Assembly: GCA_002269645.1 (NCBI GenBank)
Contig: NIVC01001396.1
Span: 233,100 to 297,099, forward strand
Direction: 5' to 3'
DNA: 64,000 bases
Source of the DNA: Macrostomum lignano
Taxonomy: Eukaryota
This document shows, in pieces, positions 57,505 to 64,000 of this stretch. Position 1 is the stretch's first letter. The number at the start of each line of letters is the position of its first letter. Under the pieces are notes generated by a model. The model was not told where the DNA came from and ran no database searches. It saw only the letters and a list, made by a program, of their open reading frames with translations. Made by a program: the position numbers and the translations under genes.

Positions 57505-58355
57505 TCACTATTCTTAGAATCCCAATACCTATTCTTAGAATCTCGATATCTATTCTTATAATCCCAATACCTATTCTTAGAATCTCGATATCTATTCCTA
57601 GAATCCCAATACCTATTCTTAGATTACCGATACTTGTTAAAATCCTGATCCATATTCTTAGAATCCTGATCCTTATTCTTAGACCTGATCCTTATTCTTA
57701 GAATCTCTATACCATTCTATAGAATCCCGATCCTTATTCTTGGAATCCCGATACCTATTTTTAGAATCCCAATCCTTATTCTTAGAATCCCGATCCTTAT
57801 TCTTTGAATCCCGATCCTTATTCTTAGAATCCCGATACCTATTTTTAGAATCCCGATCCTTATTCTTAGAATCCCGATACCTATTCTTAGAATCCCGATT
57901 CTTATTTTTAGAATCCCGATACCTATTCTTAGAATCTCGATCCTTATTTTTAGAATCCCGATACCTATTCTTAGAATCCCGATCCTTATTCTTAGAATCC
58001 CGATACCTATTCTTAGAATCCCGATCCATATTCTCAGAATCCCGATCCATATTCTTAGAATCCCGATCCATATTCTCAGAATCCCGATCCATATTCTCAG
58101 AATCCCGATCCATATTCTTAGAATCTCGATACCTATTCTTAGAATCCCGATCCTTATTCTTAGAATCCCGATCCATATTCTTAGAATCTCTATACCATTC
58201 TTAGAAGCTGGATACCTATTCTTAGAATCCCGATCCTTATTCTTAGAATCCCGATTCTTATTCTTAGAATCCCAACCCTCAAAATCAAAAATCTATTTTT
58301 AGAATCCTGATCACTGTTAATCAATCCCAACTACCGATCCCAATTCTTAGAATCA
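57505..58355. repeat. 21 bp minisatellite (ATTCTTAGAATCCCGATCCTT) directly upstream of the PSMC3 exon
   Basis: Period 21; palindromic core ATTCT-T-AGAAT. Confidence 0.95.
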
Positions 58356-58383
58356 ATCAATCAATCATTCAATCACTTCTCAG

Positions 58384-61118
<2,735 letters not shown>

Positions 61119-62722
61119 GATGGTTTGATTGACTACTGTAATAAAACTTGCGTCTCGAATGTGTTTAGTGTGCTAACAGTGTTCACTGGGGGTTGAGCAA
61201 GAATGCATCTATAACCTTACTGTACAAGCACCTGTGTTGCCGTCTAAATCAATGCATATTCCTGGTATTTTCTTTTTTGAATAATCTCCAACTCTTATCT
61301 CACCGAGTCACCGTCTCTCGTTCAAATCTCTTCCAATGTCTCTATAGTTTCGAATCACACTTTCATCTATTTTGTCACACCTTTTCCACTCTTTAAAGTC
61401 AGTCCTATCTTATTGGTTAGTTTCCTATTCAACGTATTGAGTATTATTTTTCACAATCAATATTCGTACTATATGCATATATTCGTATACGCTGCCCTAT
61501 ACTAACTGTTGATTGCTACTTACAGTAGGATAAAACGCGCTAAAACTCTTTCAGTTGCAGCTCAGTTTATAATCCCGATAAATAGGAAGCAATAAAAACT
61601 TGCATATCTAGTATATCCTCTATTTTACTTATAGTAGTAGTTTAAGCAAAAGGTTATTCAGACATCGGTTAGTGATTTTTCAGTGTCTAGCATTTTTTGA
61701 TTTTGTTAGTGTTTTACTTTTTTATCATTCAGTTCCGTAACTTGCTATACAACCTACTAAAATGTGTCCACTAACTATACTGTATTTGTTATGACTTTAA
61801 ATAACTTGAATAAACTTGATTTCAATTTAATAGCTCTATTTCAGTTGGTTTGAATTCAAATAAATTTCTTTTCTCTTTCAATCTTCGTTCCACCTCTATC
61901 TTAAAATTTTAGAAAACAAAGCTTTTATTAAAAGTTAGGTTAGTCTTTAATATAAGAGTTAGAAGTGAACTTATAATGCAAAGTTTTATAAATTTATAAA
62001 TTAGTATTTTACTGATGAAAATCACAAAACGCATGCTCTAGTCTGGTAAAAAAATGAAAAGTCCAGGATATATGCATCAACCAGTAAGAATTATAGTAAA
62101 CAGCAAATAAACTCATAAGGCAGAAGAAGCAAGTGTTAAAAAGTTAACATGCTCATACAATTAATTATTGACATTGAAATGTTATGATATTCTAGTATTT
62201 TTTCTGTTACATAAATACAAAGTATTGTTTAATGCCCTTTAATGGATTAGATTTCAGCATAGATATTGTAAGTTCAATTACAACCAATATAATTATATTT
62301 AGCTTGGTAATTGGTATATAAGTAATTTGTTAAGCATGTCTGACTTCAAAATGATTTTACCTTTTACAGAGCCAGGTGAGAGAAAGATCGATTAAAAATA
62401 TAAACTTAAAAATTTCGGAAATTTTAGTGTTTATTTTCATTGAAAACCTAAAGTTTGTTTTTATACAAAATTCCATTAGGATATTCGATTTTTTAAAATT
62501 AGACTCCTTTTAAAAGAAGAAAAAAGAAAAAAGTAAGAAAGTGTACGATACAGATAAACACTGCTAAGATTGACAGACTGTTGTGATAATATGTTTATTA
62601 TTACAAATTTTCGTATGCTCTGTCACTACTAATGCACAGCCAAATATTAAATAGCTATCTAGTATTTTATCATATTTAAAGTTCCTGTGTCTTAGATGTT
62701 ACAGCAAACAAAAAGCAAACTG

Positions 62723-63322
62723 TTAGGACTTGTGAGAGTTGCAACACCATTGAAATGAGTCAGCCTGGCTAAGCTTCTTCCTGTTGGAGACACTTGTCCA
62801 AGAGCATTGGCAGCAGTATGCTGTGTGCTGCGGCGAATTAGATAGCTTCTTACTCAAGTTTTGCCTGTCAGGCATGAAGTTCCGAAAGAACATATAGTTT
62901 ACAGACGATACCCAATGTTGACCGCGGAAAATTAAAACTTGAAAGTCGCACTTCATGCAATGCATATTGTCACAGGCTTTCTCCTGCATTAGGCTACAAT
63001 GCCCATACTCCATCTCCTTTGGACCAGCCAGAAAAATAGACCTACACTTCAAAGTAGGTGTTTCATTCGAGTAGTCTTTGGCGGTCAGCGGTGCTTCAGT
63101 CGAAGATTTCTGTGGATGTGACTTGCTTTTCTTGCTATCAGATTCGATTTCGTCAAGAGATTTGAGCAGGTCGCTAGCATCGCTAGTTTTTGTTGCAGTT
63201 GTAGAGTTCACCTTAGTTGAATTGTTGGTCTTCACAGAGTTCACAGGAGTCAAAGTGGACTTTTTTTGCAATGAGCCTTCAATTTGATCCAGCAGATCGT
63301 CAACGTCATCTATTCCAGCCAT
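62723..63322 (-). CDS. CFAP418: CFAP418 / C8orf37 (retinal maintenance protein) homologue, intronless CDS
   Basis: MAGIDDVDDLLDQIE resembles the family N-terminus; C-terminal ACDNMHCMKCDFQV, YMFFRNFMP, AYCCQCSW, WCC pattern. Start could instead be ATG 63337. Splice acceptor at 63343-63342. Confidence 0.85.
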   Translation of the reverse strand: MAGIDDVDDLLDQIEGSLQKKSTLTPVNSVKTNNSTKVNSTTATKTSDASDLLKSLDEIESDSKKSKSHPQKSSTEAPLTAKDYSNETPTLKCRSIFLAGPKEMEYGHCSLMQEKACDNMHCMKCDFQVLIFRGQHWVSSVNYMFFRNFMPDRQNLSKKLSNSPQHTAYCCQCSWTSVSNRKKLSQADSFQWCCNSHKS

Positions 63323-64000
63323 TTCAGCTTCTTTCATATAACTAATAGAAAAAATATGCCTGAAGTAAGTACGTTGAAATGCTGACAAAGCAAAAGATTT
63401 ATTTATGCTGAAGGTTTATTTTTTCATACTATAATTACAAATAAATAAAAACACTAAATAGAAAATACGACGAAAAATATTTTATTTATTTTTATGAAAT
63501 AACTACAAAACTTTGTTATTCTTTAACAAAACGTTATAAAGTACGGAATAAGTTGAAACCTAAATTGCTAGTATTCCGCATTGGGACGAAAGTTACAAAT
63601 TGCTTAGTCGCTTAAGAGCCCTGACTCGAAGAAAGATCGATTTTTATTATAAATTCATATTAATTTATTGCGTTCATTAAATTTGACTTTCTTAATTAGT
63701 AGCTAATCCTAAATTAGTCTAAAAACTGAAGATTTTTGATTGCACGAGGAGATATTTTTAATATCTTCTTGATATTTTGTACCTGTAATACAAAACCAAC
63801 ATTCACGTATTACGTTGCTAGTATCCTTGTAGAATCCTCAATTAAATAAATGAAAGATTTTTTAATTGCACTAAAATATTGATTTTTTGTGAATGGAACA
63901 GTAGGACAGTAGTAGCAAAAATCCTGAATATATATTTACTACAAAAACACCGTAAAGCACCGGAGATAAATTTGTCTTAACTTCAAGATTAACAAATTTC

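Overview
Eukaryotic (animal) genomic DNA, most likely a free-living flatworm of the Macrostomum type. This is inferred from the NPP-1-like FVRx-amide precursor, the GC-rich exons and the introns packed with simple repeats. Contents in order: (1) a single-exon neuropeptide precursor on the minus strand (ASF/YVRM-amide x4); (2) a complete 31-exon slit gene, 5186-37943 on +, which I spliced by hand to a 4590-nt CDS / 1529 aa (4 LRR domains, 6 EGF, LamG, 1 EGF, cystine knot); (3) a 3-exon sphingolipid delta-4 desaturase on -; (4) a full-length, young LOA/R1-type non-LTR retrotransposon (50997-56745) with a 13-bp TSD and intact APE-RT-RNaseH-CCHC ORF2; (5) three exons of proteasome ATPase PSMC3/Rpt5 whose 5' third I could not find; (6) a CFAP418/C8orf37 homologue on -. 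Nearly every long intron holds its own tandem repeat, plus tRNA-derived CORE-like SINEs and hAT-like MITEs. Most long ORFs in the supplied track are repeat artefacts. Best find: the retrotransposon begins exactly at G1 of a well-formed HDV-like self-cleaving ribozyme fold. Downstream of it, a strong splice acceptor sits 2 nt before ORF1 and a TGA-TAATG stop-start junction precedes ORF2, suggesting a self-cleave / re-cap by trans-splicing / reinitiate expression strategy. All coordinates and foldings were done by eye; no searches or folding programs were run, and repeat boundaries are approximate.
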